DNA of 63,862 bases, filler included, from Hyphochytrium catenoides (GCA_900088475.1; 14 parts of 14 records of this genome joined end to end with filler, not necessarily neighbours in it), one strand, 5' to 3'. Counted from the whole stretch's first letter, positions 12,527 to 24,512 are shown. Translations and numbers: made by a program. Notes: generated from the sequence alone by a model not told the origin.

Positions 12527-14281
12527 ATGGCAAAGGACAGATCTGGTGGAACTCGAAAGTCTGGCCGAAGAGCCAAGGAGGCGGCGCTTCTCATTGAAGA
12601 AAGCGACGAAGGAGAGAGAAAGTCTCCCGGGACACGGAAGAAAAGAGCTCCCACCGCTCCCACTCATTCTTCTTCGGCTGCTTCTTCCTCCGCTTCCAAG
12701 GCAAAGGGAAAGAAAGACGAGGAAGAGAGCAAGCGTGATGAGAAAGAGAAAGCTTCTAAATCATCTTCTTCTTCTCCGCTTTCTCTCTCTTCTCTCTCTG
12801 GTTGGACGGAGCATACAGCTCCTGATGGCCGTGTTTTCTACTATAACAAAGAGAGAAAAGAAAGCCGATGGCAAAAGCCTGCAGAGCTTGCAGACGCAGA
12901 AATTATCGTGAAAGCTTCAGAATGGGGAGAGCATCGCGCTCCAGACGGCAGGACGTATTATCATAATAAGCAGACGAGGGAGAGCAAGTGGACCAAGCCC
13001 ACAGAAATGATCGAGGGAGAGAAAGCGAAAGAGAGACTAGAGAAAAGAAAGAGAGGAGAAGACGTAAGCACAGAAGCAGGGACATCTTCCTCTTCTTCTG
13101 CTCTCATCGTAATAGGAAACACGGAGGAAGAGGAAAAGAAGCTGGAGGCGAAGAAACAAGCACGCAAAGCCGAGAGAGAAAGAAGAAGAGGCGTTGGCGC
13201 TTGCGATCTCTGCGAGTTCTCTCTCCCCAAATACTTCTGCCAGCAATGTGAGCAGAAGCTCTGCGATGAATGTATGACCTTCTCCCATAGAAGAGGCCCC
13301 AAGATCGGCCACACGTACACCAAGCTCAAGATAGACGTCAAGCCTCTCTCTGAACTATCTGTGGAAGAATTAGCTACCTGGATCGCGCAGTATGACTCTC
13401 TCCGCGGGTACATTCTCTCCTTTCTCTCTCTTCCCGTCGACGGCTTTATCCTCTGTGAATGTACCGAAGAAGATCTGATAGAGCTGGGGATTGCGGTTCC
13501 TCTTCATAGAAAGAAGCTGATGCACGAGGTAGAAAGAGCGAAGGCAGCGGGCGTCGATGTCGATGCGCTGGATAACTTTATAGGAGAAGTAGAGAAGATA
13601 AAGCAAAAGGCAGAGAGAGGAGAGAAGGTCCAGACCTCTTCTCCCTCGTCGTCCCCTAGCAAGCAAGAAACCTTAGGAGTTGGGCCATCTACCGCTTCCA
13701 GTGCTTCTTCTTCACTGGCAGCTACTACGGCCAATGGCTCTACCGGCGCACAAGATCGGGCAACAGCAGACGGGGAGAGAGAGAAAGACGGGACAGCATC
13801 AGTTGGAGGAAGAGGTGGAGGCGCGGCATGGATTCAGTACCAAGATGCCTCGGGAAGAGCGTACTATTATAATCCTGCCACGAAAGAGACAAAGTGGGAC
13901 ATCGGCCCTTCTACTCCTTACATGGTAGCATCGACGCGAGCGGTCATAAACGGAGGAGAAGGAGGAGGAGCACCAGCAACGGGCGTTTCTCTCTCTTCCC
14001 CTGCGGTGTCTCCCTCTCCGAGCACCCAACAGACACATGGGGCACAGCCAGGGAGAGGAGGAGGAGCAGGAGGAGAAGAGAATCTGCAGCTGTTCTCTCT
14101 GGTCAACGAGTTCTACAGGCAGGGACAGATCACGGAGTATCAGCGAACAATCCTAAAGTCTTTAGTTAGTCAAGGGCTCAGTTCAGTCGTTAATGCACTT
14201 CGGAGACGAGATGTCCTGGCGCTGAAGGGAGAGTTACAGAGATATGAAGACGACTCAGATTCAGACTGGGACTCGGATTGA
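12527..14281 (+). CDS. Intronless 584-aa protein: WW-WW, B-box-type Zn finger, SAM domain, third WW
   Basis: WW motifs GWTEHTAPDGRVFYYNKERKESRWQKP, EWGEHRAPDGRTYYHNKQTRESKWTKP and AWIQYQDASGRAYYYNPATKETKWD. B-box CDLCE..KYFCQQCEQKLCDECMTFSHRRGPKIGH. SAM-like LSVEELATWI...Y...F....VDG..L....EEDLIELGI....HRKKL. Confidence 0.9.
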   Translation: MAKDRSGGTRKSGRRAKEAALLIEESDEGERKSPGTRKKRAPTAPTHSSSAASSSASKAKGKKDEEESKRDEKEKASKSSSSSPLSLSSLSGWTEHTAPDGRVFYYNKERKESRWQKPAELADAEIIVKASEWGEHRAPDGRTYYHNKQTRESKWTKPTEMIEGEKAKERLEKRKRGEDVSTEAGTSSSSSALIVIGNTEEEEKKLEAKKQARKAERERRRGVGACDLCEFSLPKYFCQQCEQKLCDECMTFSHRRGPKIGHTYTKLKIDVKPLSELSVEELATWIAQYDSLRGYILSFLSLPVDGFILCECTEEDLIELGIAVPLHRKKLMHEVERAKAAGVDVDALDNFIGEVEKIKQKAERGEKVQTSSPSSSPSKQETLGVGPSTASSASSSLAATTANGSTGAQDRATADGEREKDGTASVGGRGGGAAWIQYQDASGRAYYYNPATKETKWDIGPSTPYMVASTRAVINGGEGGGAPATGVSLSSPAVSPSPSTQQTHGAQPGRGGGAGGEENLQLFSLVNEFYRQGQITEYQRTILKSLVSQGLSSVVNALRRRDVLALKGELQRYEDDSDSDWDSD

Positions 14282-14352
14282 AAACTTTACAAAAACTAGC
14301 GACGACAAGGAAATCGAAGCGTCCCTACCCCGTAGCTCTCTATATAGTGGCT

Positions 14353-14392
<40 letters not shown>

Positions 14393-15846
14393 TTTTTTTC
14401 TCTTTGTTTTCGATTATCTTCTCTGTCCGACCACGTGGACATTTGACACTTGATACGCTCTCTCTCCGCGCTCTCAACCCTTATCATGGTAGCCGCTTGA
14501 TGTCTCACTCTCTCTCTTTCTCTCTCTCTTTCTCTGTCTTTCTCTCCCTCTCTTTCTTTTACCCCGTCAAGCGGATTAGCACAAGGTGATTATTCTTACT
14601 TAGGTCTCATCTCATCCTTTCAGAGGTGAATGACTCTAAACTTGAGCTGTTAAACATTTCCGTCTCTCCTTTCTTCTCTCTCTCTGACTCTCTCTCTCTG
14701 CCTCTCCTCCCTCTCCTGCCAGTCCTATGGGCTCTATTATATTCAATAAACTCTCTTACTCTATCTCCGTCTCTCCTCCATCTACCGCAAGTGCCATGCG
14801 CTAGACAGCGTTTCTATGGGCTTCCCAACCACGTTCACTTCCATCGCAGCACTTGGAAGCCAATGACAATCTTCCTTCTTTTCTTCATTAGTCACTTAGT
14901 TACCTTTGTCACACACTCCCAAGGGGTCTAGCAAAGAGCTATGTCTAGTCTTTCCGTATCCGCTCATACCTCTCAATTGCTATATCTCTCTCCGCTCCAT
15001 CGCTATCTGTGTCTCTCTTCACTCCTTCCCACCTCTATTACCCGCTAAACGACTCATCTCTGCCCTTTGCAACTCCATCTTCGCGCTCGTTAGTCCAGAC
15101 GACGACGTCTTTAGATATCTCATCAGCGTGTTACGTGTGGATCAGACACTTGATTGCTCAAGGTGGGATAAGACCACAACGATTGTCTCCCGAGCCCCAA
15201 TAGTCTGCCTCCATCCACATGGGCCAAGCATGACTTCACCGATCTCGTAGGTGAATATCGAACACGACGAAAGCTCCCGCAGCTCTGTTGCTAATCCTTT
15301 GCACTTTGCGCTGCATCACATCCTGATCTATACGAGCTCTAGCCTATCATACGTCAGCAGCCAACCTACTGGTGACCTCACGGCGCCGACTCTGCGTTCA
15401 TTTGAATAGAGTCCAGGGCGATGCGGAAAAGACCAAGGAACATGCCGAAGGACGAAAGAGTTCTTTTCATAATTTATCCAATACCGACTCGAGCGGCCAT
15501 CTCTTGTCCCCTCTCCCTGGTCAGTAAGGAGTTCACCAAGGCCGAGGGAGCTGCCAATACTCCTCTTCTTCCCTTCCACGACCGAAGAACCTAAGAGACA
15601 GCCTCAAGCTTGTTATCTCTTATTTCTCTTGTTGGCAGCCTTCACGCATGGGTGTCTCTTCTCTATATTACAGAGCGGCATCTGAAGGTGCTCTTTGTTG
15701 GGTCGTCTGAGCCCCTTGCCGCCTCTTTCCTATTGATCTCTCTCTCTCTCATTGACAATTCTTTCTCTTCCTTATGGCAGCTCTTCCTTAGCTTCTCTCT
15801 TTTCCATTCACACCTTTATCCTGTCCTGTCTAGAGTTCTCAGACCG

Positions 15847-16108
15847 TTATTGCTGAGTCTTCCTCATGAGACAGTAGATTCTCTGATCTCTTTGAATGTT
15901 CACCAAGTGCCGCTGATCTCCTCTAAGGCACATCAGTAAACCTCCGTAGCTCACGTAGACAGCGCTGGAAGTCATAATAGAGAGAACAGAGAACAAAGAT
16001 TAGCAGCGGTAGAGGAAGATTGAAAGAGTAAACATGCCTCAGAGAGAGAAGGGTCAGGAAGCAGGAGCCACAAAGAAAGAGACGGCAAGGAAACGAGAGA
16101 GATTGGGA

Positions 16109-16142
<34 letters not shown>

Positions 16143-16399
16143 CAGAGACAGAGAGAGAGAGTGAAGGATGAAGCACAGTCCGCCCAGCTTCTGACGTACA
16201 CATTGTGATTGCCCTCGTACTCGTAGTTGAACACTTTCCCATACATTCCGTACTCGTAGCGATCTAGCAAAGAAGGCTGGGCATCCAGGAAAAGAGTCAA
16301 AAGTGGTTAGGACCAAACAAAATCCAACGATGGAAGAGCGGACCGCAGATGGACGAAAGGTGAAAAGTCAGGGATCTCTTACGAGAAAGAGGCAACGGA

Positions 16400-16440
<41 letters not shown>

Positions 16441-17075
16441 GGGGGAGAGAGAGACAGAGAGAGAAAGAGCACAAGAGGAGACAGAGAGAAGAATCTCACC
16501 TTTCCTGATTGATCAAACTCTCCTAGGTCTGGCTTGCCCTCGAGGTCCAGAGTGCTGGCTAAGGTGCAAGTGAACTTTTCTCCAGCTTTTATGGGATAAA
16601 CCTCAGAGTAGATATCCATCACGAGGTCCATCTCATAGGAAACACCCTTGCAAACTAAGCGGGTGACTGCCAGCAATTCCAAGGCAAGCGAGGCGATTGA
16701 AGGGAGGAGAGAGAATGTTAATGGAAAGAGAAAGGGAGAGAGTGCCAGGAAGAGAAAATGGAAAAGAGAAAGGGGCAGAAAGAGAAAGGAAGGTTAGACA
16801 TACACCTACGATGACCTAGGAGAGAGAAAATGAGAGAAGGGGCTCGAGAGACTACATGCAAAAGGAAGAGAAGAGACAAAGCCAAAAGAAAGTCAAAAGA
16901 GAAGTTGGAGGTCCAGGCAGCAGGAGACCACGCATCTCAGAGAAGAAAAGAAGAGCGCACGAGAGAAAGAGATTTTGGACGTTGTTTAAAGCAGAAGGTC
17001 AAAGTCAGAACCTCTATCGAACTTCTTTCCATCTGGGTTGAGCTTTTTAACATCAAAGATGTCCTCGAACAAGAT
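15847..17075 (-). CDS. RPB8: DNA-directed RNA polymerases I/II/III subunit RPABC3 (start codon probably in N-gap 17076-17134)
   Basis: Exons 17075-17012, 16666-16500, 16276-16200 and 15964-15847 give [46 protein letters not shown]...SLLDRYEYGMYGKVF...AVYVSYGGLLMCLRGD...IYCLMRK. This includes the hallmark GGLLM. Confidence 0.95.
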
Positions 17076-17459
17076 NNNNNNNNNNNNNNNNNNNNNNNNN
17101 NNNNNNNNNNNNNNNNNNNNNNNNNNNNNNNNNNGAGCGGCAAGAACCAGAGAAGCCTTCTGCTAATAGATGATCCCAATCTTCGCCCACTCAAGCGAGG
17201 GATTCCGTCTCCGATCAGACAACCGCACTCTCTGCTTGGGCAAGCAGTTGGCTTTCTTCTCTTCTCTCTCCTGTCTCTCTTTTATGTTTAAAGGGCAAAG
17301 GTTGGGCGGGTCAACAGAGAGTAGATCGATGGCTGAGTACCAGGAGAGGAGAGAGAAAGGATGAGTGAGAAACCAATGACAATGTAGAAGTAGAGCGCAG
17401 ATTTGACGCTTCTGAACCATCTGAACGGCTCAGATATGGAACAGAAGAGAGAGGGAGAC

Positions 17460-17500
<41 letters not shown>

Positions 17501-18031
17501 GACAGAGAGACAGAGAGCTAGCGAGAGGAAGAAAGAGAGAGAGAAGAGAGAGAGAGAGCGGGGGAGAGAGCGAGAAGGAGGAGACTTTGAACAGAGAACC
17601 AAGAAATAAGTGAATGGCTTCAGTAAATGTAGCCGTTAACGGAGTAGTGAAGGAAACAATTCTGAATGATTCAAAATCACTCTTCCGTAGCATTGTAAAG
17701 AGGAACATTTCATGGTCTCAATGAAGTATTCAAGACTTAGGAAGGTGTTCCGACTTCGTCGCATTAATGGTAATAAACAGGGGTGGGCAATTAGGGCCAC
17801 TCTCTCAGCATTGGCCATAGGTTAAATTATCCCCTCCATAACTTTCTGTGAGTTAATTCCAAGGTAAATTATTTTTGTGTTTGTGTCAATTTCCCCTGGA
17901 GTTAATTCTGGCAAGTTATACCTAGTTTCGGNNNNNNNNNNNNNNNNNNNNNNNNNNNNNNNNNNNNNNNNNNNNTTAATTAATTAANNNNNNNNNNNNN
18001 NNNNNNNNNNNNNNNNNNNNNNNNNNNNNNN

Positions 18032-18351
18032 TGATGAGTTTGGAGGAGATCAGGTTGAGGAGGAAGAGACCAAGGCCTTATAGCTTTCCTTGTTTCTTTT
18101 CTTCTTCCTCTTTCTCTTCTTCTTCTTTCTTCATCTTTTACTTCTTCATCTTCTTCTTCTTCAACTAATTCTTTTCGATTGATTTTATTTACTTAGTTGA
18201 ATTACTACTTGAATGTCTACTAAGATGTAAAAGATGAAGAAAGAAGAAGGAGAAGAAGAAGAAGAAGAAAGAGAGGAAGAAGAAAAGAAACAAGGAAGGC
18301 TATGACGCCTTGGTCTCTTCCTCCTCAACCTGATCTCCTCCACACTCATCA
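18032..18351. repeat. Inverted repeat: two retroelement 3' ends tail-to-tail
   Basis: 18032-~18142 (TGATGAGTTTGGAGGAGATCAGGTTGAGGAGGAAGAGACCAAGGC...CATCTTTTAC) is the near reverse complement of ~18227-18351. Confidence 0.85.
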
Positions 18352-19322
18352 TCAGTGCAAGGAAGAATCATAATTGATCCCTTCAGTAATAACAACAAGG
18401 GGAGAAAGAGGAGGAGGAGGTGAATCATCAACCACAATGTCATCATCAGCAACTTCGAACGCCGCGATGCAAGCAACAAGAGAAGGGTCCAACTGTTTAG
18501 GAGGAATACGCTTCAAAATCTGAAGCGCATTTTCCTCATGAATTGCCATAGGGACTCTCGTGTGAAGGCGTAAAACCATGGCCAAACGGGGCCATTCCCC
18601 AAGATGCCGAGAAGCATCAAGAGGAGAGCGGTCACATTGAAGCTTCACCAGATTGCTTACACGATCAACGACGCCCGGCATAGCTTCCCCAAAGGACTCC
18701 CAAACCAATGGAACAAATTGCAGCCCTACAGCCCGGCAAGGTGCCTCATACTTTTTCAACTTCGCCTTTTCACACAACGACCTTGATAGCCTGCGTGGAC
18801 TGCTGCATAAGGAAGGGTTCTAGATTGCAGCGAGTCCGTGACAGACACATCAAAGGCCGTATTATGCTGATATGAGGCTGAGAAGCCACGAACCAACAAA
18901 TCTCCTGGTTTCGGATTTGACCCCGGGAGGAGGTGACGGGGCTCGCGAGAGACCTTGAGGCCAGAGTTCCGAAAAGCATGAGAGAGAATATCCTGAACAC
19001 GACAATGACGCTGACTAGCGCCACCACCACGGCGACAAATGATACCGTGATCACCAAAAACATCCATAGGACAAGAGCAGGTCTGGCAAGAGACAGGCAC
19101 AGAAGAGTGGACAAGAGGGATGTCAAGAAATCGCCACAGCAATACCCGGAACACCAAGGGGGACCAAACCTTTAACTGCAGCCAGGGAATGGGAGCGACC
19201 CGAAGGAAAGCCCCTGCATAAGGGAGAGAAGCAGTCCGGAAGCGAGCCTTGGACCGCAAATCCAAGTTGGAGGAAGACAGCAAGGCCTTCTTCGCAGACG
19301 CTGACCAGACAAACCGGGACAA
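18227..19322 (-). mobile_element. 5'-truncated, frameshifted non-LTR retrotransposon with restriction-like endonuclease (CRE/NeSL/R2-type C-terminus)
   Basis: Zn knuckle CQTCSC...GDHGIIC...RH, then REP..KPGD..AFDVSVT..K..KY....FVPLVWESFG (PD-D/ExK RLE). Frameshift near 18775. The 3' UTR ends in a (TTC)n-rich tail. No RT domain remains. Confidence 0.85.
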
Positions 19323-19379
19323 TTAATAATGCAGATGTTGAAGGAAAGGACAAAGGAAAGAAGAGGGAAAAGAAGAAGA

Positions 19380-19860
19380 GACAAGATAAACTCAAAGCCT
19401 TGGTTTCGTCCTCAGCTCGATCTGCTCCACACTCATCCAGTAAAATAAGAGTCCTGATTGTTTCCCTCAATAAAAATAGGAGAGAAGAAGGATACTAGAA
19501 CTACTACTGACTGGTGATAAACGAACAACCGGAACACATCCCCCTTTTTCTATTGACTTAGGGTTACCTAACCTTAACCCATGAGATAAATCTGAGAAAT
19601 TTATCTGAAAACGAAAAAAGGGATGGACAAGAAAAACTTAAAGCCTTGATTTCGTCCTCAGCTCGATCTGCTCCACGCTCATTCCAGTAAAATAAGAGTC
19701 ATGATTGTTTTCCTCAATAAAAATAGGAGAGAGGAGGGATGCTACTACTCACTGGTGATAAACGAACAACAGGAACACATCCCCCTTGTTCTATTGACTT
19801 ACCTAACCTTAACCCATGAGATAAAACTGAGAAATTTATCTGACAAGACAAAAGGGATGG
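19380..19860. repeat. ~240-bp tandem direct duplication carrying a variant of the retroelement 3' terminus
   Basis: Copies at ~19380-19626 and ~19626-19860. Each contains AAAGCCTTG.TTTCGTCCTCAGCTCGATCTGCTCCAC.CTCAT, similar to 18307-18351. Confidence 0.85.
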
Positions 19861-20902
19861 TCCTTCTGTTTTGCAGGAGCTCCTGGAGTAACATCGAGAC
19901 TTATTTTAGGGAGTGTACCGCGAAAAGGGTACGAGGGCGGAATTTGCGTTCCTGGCTCGTACGTCATCAGCAAAGTACTATTTGGACTGAAATTTTCACC
20001 GATTTGCTGATAGCGTTGTACCATTGACAATAGAACTACCCCAGTGTAGTGGATCTCCTCTTTAATCCAATGGCTACGGGTAAAACAGTACCAGCCAAGG
20101 GTCGCGTTGCGGTCTGTGGCGTTGATGAGCCCACTGATAATAATAAGACAGTAGTACCAAGTAGTTCTCTCCCCAGGCCATGACGAGGCTAAGATACTCT
20201 TCCCACCCTACTCAGACTTGATTCTTGAGGAGAGACTCGTACAATAAAAATGGAAATTTAGTTCACTATGGCGAAGGAGCGAACTTGTGGAGAACAGGAC
20301 GGCAAGATGACGTAACCACAACAAACATGACCCCCACTTCTAGTCTATCTCCGCCGGCACTTTTATTTATTATGACTTCGTAGAAAGAAGCCAACACTGA
20401 TCTCTCAGATGATGAGAAGGCGGAGCATGTAGAATGTAGAACGCATTACTAGAGTTGATCGTTCGATTAAGGGCCTGAAATGTGACCAGAGCTGATGATG
20501 TCATCAAGCGCCGACGTATATGCTTTCGCTTTTAAACAAGGTGATCTTGTCCTTAGCCTCACGCTATGATCCACTTTCGATCCGAACAGGTCAACAAGCA
20601 ACAAGTGCCTCCTAGATGTTATGCCCTGTTGTCATTTCTTCTGATGACTGAGATGAGTACCTGAGGGTCAAAGGTGGCTCGCAATTGTCTGAAATAAAGA
20701 TGCTCCGCGCCACCAGTCTGGGTGGGAGGACAGGTGGGAGGAAGAGAGAAGCTTGCTCACAATAAGATCCGCCTCGCCAGCTTGATCATTCTTAAAATTA
20801 CCTGGAGCTTCAAAGGCACTTCCGCCTAACTTACGGAACAAGCAACATCAGACAGACAGAATTGAGTTTAATTAGAGCAAGTTTTTCTAAGAAGAAGGAG
20901 AC

Positions 20903-22259
20903 ATGGCTGCTCTCCGCCACTTTCTATGTGCTGCTTTGGCTGCTTGGTCCTTGAGTACAGCCAAGGGTCAGAATCTCACCTCAGATGTTCCTCCAGGTCG
21001 ATATATCGTGTACCTAGGCAAGAGCGCAGATGCAAAAGGAGCGGACGCCACGGATTTGGACTTTGTCCAAGCGACTGCAGCTAGTCTGGACCATTTCATA
21101 GATAGTCGCCCAGATATAACCAAAGTACACGACCTTCATACAATTGAAGCCAAAGCTGTTCAAATTGACAGTGAAACTGCTGTTGCCGAGCTCAGATCTC
21201 ATCCCGGCGTTGTCAGGATAGAGAAGGATCCAGTTCGCTATTTGGTCGGTTCGACGGCTGGTGCGAAGGCCGGAAAAGAAGCGGCACTTCCTCCTGCTCT
21301 AGCTAAAAGGAGTCTTCAAGAATGGTGGATCTACGGCCCAAAATTGATTGGAGCGGATATAACACCTTTTAACGCTGCCGCGGCGCCTGCAACTGCGCTG
21401 AAGGTCTGCGTAATTGACTCTGGCATCCGAGCTGATCACCCCGCATTCTCCGGCATTCCTATCTCTGGAAAGCCTGAAGCATTAACGGACGACTGCGGTC
21501 ATGGCACGCACGTGGCTGGCACTGTAGCTTCTCTCGAGGCCTTCGGTGTCGCTGGCGGTGTTGCACTTCACTCAGTCAAAGTACTCAGTCCCACTTCTGA
21601 CGGTGAATGCAAATGGAGCTATGCGTCAGACCTTATCAGCGCTATGGAGGAATGTAAGCGAAATGCTGGCTCACGCAGACTGATCATTAATATGAGTTTA
21701 GGGGGGGACCAATCCAGCGAAGCCGAAGCGGCGGCAGTGCTTCAATTGTTCCAAAGAGACGGAATATTGATGGTGGCAGCTGCGGGCAACCAAGGCGGCA
21801 CGAACTATTTGTATCCCGCCTCGTACGAGGAGGTCATCTCCACGGCGGCGATACGGAGAGACCTAACTCTTGCACCGTTCTCACGGCGCAACTCTCAAGT
21901 AGACCTATCCGCTCCTGGGGATCAGATCTACTCTTCATACAAAGATGGCGGCTACGGTCTCTGGTCTGGGACCTCCATGGCAGCACCTCATGTTTCTGGA
22001 GCAGCAGCAACCGTCTGGAGCTATAATCTCGATTTGTCAAATGTGGATCTGCGTTCCATTCTCACTGAAAGTGCAGAAGATCTTGGTCCCCTGCAACGGG
22101 ACGACGACTTTGGATTTGGGCTTGTAAACGTGTGCCGTGCAGCGAAGCGCGCTGGATTTGACCCGTCGAATAGAGTTTTTTGTACGAGACGACAACGCCC
22201 GCCAATCCCGACGCCAAGAAGTCCCACACCAGCGCCGACGCCAAGACCCACACCAGCGC
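20903..22259 (+). CDS. Secreted subtilisin-like serine protease (S8A) with I9 propeptide and Pro/Thr linker, 3'-truncated
   Basis: Signal peptide; propeptide with RYIVYL...HPGVVRIEKD; catalytic VCVIDSG, HGTHVAG, AAAGN and GTSMAAPHV; PTPAPTPRPTP tail. Intronless. Confidence 0.95.
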
Positions 22260-22359
22260 NNNNNNNNNNNNNNNNNNNNNNNNNNNNNNNNNNNNNNNNN
22301 NNNTTAATTAATTAANNNNNNNNNNNNNNNNNNNNNNNNNNNNNNNNNNNNNNNNNNNN

Positions 22360-22884
22360 AGCTGTTGAAGCGTCTGGATGACAGCAATGAAGCGGTCAGG
22401 AGAGAGATCTGCCGTACCCTCTCCGCTTTTTTGAAAGCCGCGCCGGCGCAACACTTTAGAGGTAAAAGAGAGAGAGACAGAGAGACTTATATCCTTATCC
22501 CACCCTACGGAGAGAGAGAGAGAATGATAGTGAGAGAGAGCAGCAGAGAGAGAGAGAGAGACAGGAGAGATAGAATGCAAGACGCTGTTGGAGCGTCTAA
22601 CGATTTCTCTTTTCCACAATTCCTGCACCTCAGGCACAATCATTCAATACACAGTGGACTGTCTCCTCATCCATTTAGACGACCCGGAGGAGAGTATGCA
22701 AGTACGTAGCGCTTGTCTCTCCCTCTCTCTCTCTCTCTCTCTCCATAATCATATTATCATTTTCTTATCTCCCTTCCTCGTTGTGTCGTCTTCTCCCCTT
22801 CCTTTCAGCTCTCTCGCATTCATTATCGCCATGCTACCAGCTCGCCTTCCATTTGTCTCCCCCCACGCAACTGGTTTAAGTCTA

Positions 22885-22929
<45 letters not shown>

Positions 22930-23186
22930 TGTCCCCTCATATGCGTCAACCGGTCCTATGGCGTACTCTTTCTTACTCTCTCTTTCACGTCCTCCTCCTC
23001 ACAAGTGTCTTTTTCTGTCTCTCTCTCTCTCTTTCTCTCTCCCTTTGCTCTTAGACTGCCGTCTTTGACGTGTTGCGCACGGCGATCTCAGTGGATCCTC
23101 AGACAGTGAGAGAGAAAGCAGCAGCCGCGAGACCTAAACAGCGCTCGCCGCAGTTCTGCGACCAGCTCGTCGAGTTAGCTCGATAA
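22360..23186 (+). CDS. DNAAF5: Dynein axonemal assembly factor 5 (HEATR2), last three exons
   Basis: LLKRLDDSNEAVR... LLIHLDDPEESMQ TAVFDVLR...KQRSPQFCDQL* matches the conserved HEATR2 C-terminus (LLKRLDD, LLVHLDDP, HRS..C.QL). Confidence 0.88.
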
Positions 23187-24453
23187 AATATGCAGAGAGA
23201 GAGAGAGACAGGGGAGAAAGAAGCAAGAAACATGGAAATTTTTAGCACCAGACGATATATAGTGAACGAATAAAGAGAGGGCGCTTCTTCCCTCTCCCTC
23301 GGGGTATCTTTCTTTCTCTCTCTTTCCATAAGCTTTTTCCTTGATGGACGGTAGAAACGAGACAGAGCTCGAAGAGACTAAGTATAGGAAACGAAGAAGA
23401 AAAGGGAGACATGGCCTCTCTCTGGGGAGACATGGCCTCTCTCTGCTCTAAAAGCAGTAGATGAGCAAGCGGTGTGTCTTGGGGTTTCTCCCTGTGTTCG
23501 AGGCTGAGAGAAGCGAAAAGGAGAAACTCGAAGGACTATGAAGAGGAGAGAGAGACGTAAAACAAGAGAGCGAGAATGGAAAGTCAAGAGAGCGTTGAAA
23601 GAGAAAGGAGAGAAAGAGAGAGAAGAGAGAGAAAGAGAGGAGAAGATCAAACGAGAGAGTACTCTTGCTCGTCGATGGCTAGTTAGTGCCTCTTCATTAT
23701 TATTATCCTAGGCTGATTTCTGCGACCAGCTGGGAAAATAGGAAGAGATCTGGAAAAAAGGACAGAGAGAGAGAGTGGCGGCATGATCGGGCATTCTAAC
23801 GCTAACACAATCACAGGAAAAGGAGAAGAGAGAGAGGGGCAAGAGAGAGAGAGAGATAACCACTGCTTTTCCGCAATTACTCTTCTTCCTCCTCCTCGTC
23901 TTCTGCCGCTCCTTCCGTGACTGCCTTCTCTAGCCCAAGTTCGGTCTTGAGGCCGTCAAAGATAACGGAGTGTGTCCTTGGCGCCTGAGGAGAGAGAGAG
24001 AGAGAAATTGACAAACCAGAGTGAAAAAGAAAGAGAATAAGGAGAAGGAGGGAGGTAGAATCCAAAGAGAGAGAGAGAGTTAGAACAAAGACTGAGTTAT
24101 GGAAAAAATCCATATTCGTAGCTCACTCCTTCTCTCCTTCCTCATCCTTCCTCTCTGTTCCTCCTCCCTCTCTCTGTTCCTCCCTCCTTCTCTCTCTCTC
24201 TCGTTCTCTCTCTGTCTCTCTCTCTGTGTGTCCCGGAGCCTCTCTCTTTTTTCCTTTAAGCATGACCACTCTTTGCCTACCGCAGGGTTCCTCTTCCTGG
24301 GGTCCATAAGGTAAAGAGAGGTAAGGAGAGTGGCCAGTCCGNNNNNNNNNNNNNNNNNNNNNNNNNNNNNNNNNNNNNNNNNNNNTTAATTAATTAANNN
24401 NNNNNNNNNNNNNNNNNNNNNNNNNNNNNNNNNNNNNNNNNTTTCTCTCCCTT

Positions 24454-24512
<59 letters not shown>

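Noticed and set aside
23680-24310. Minus-strand exon-like pieces (APRTHSVIFDGLKTELGLEK...)
   Set aside because: Probably a real gene end convergent with DNAAF5, but the family and frame could not be established.
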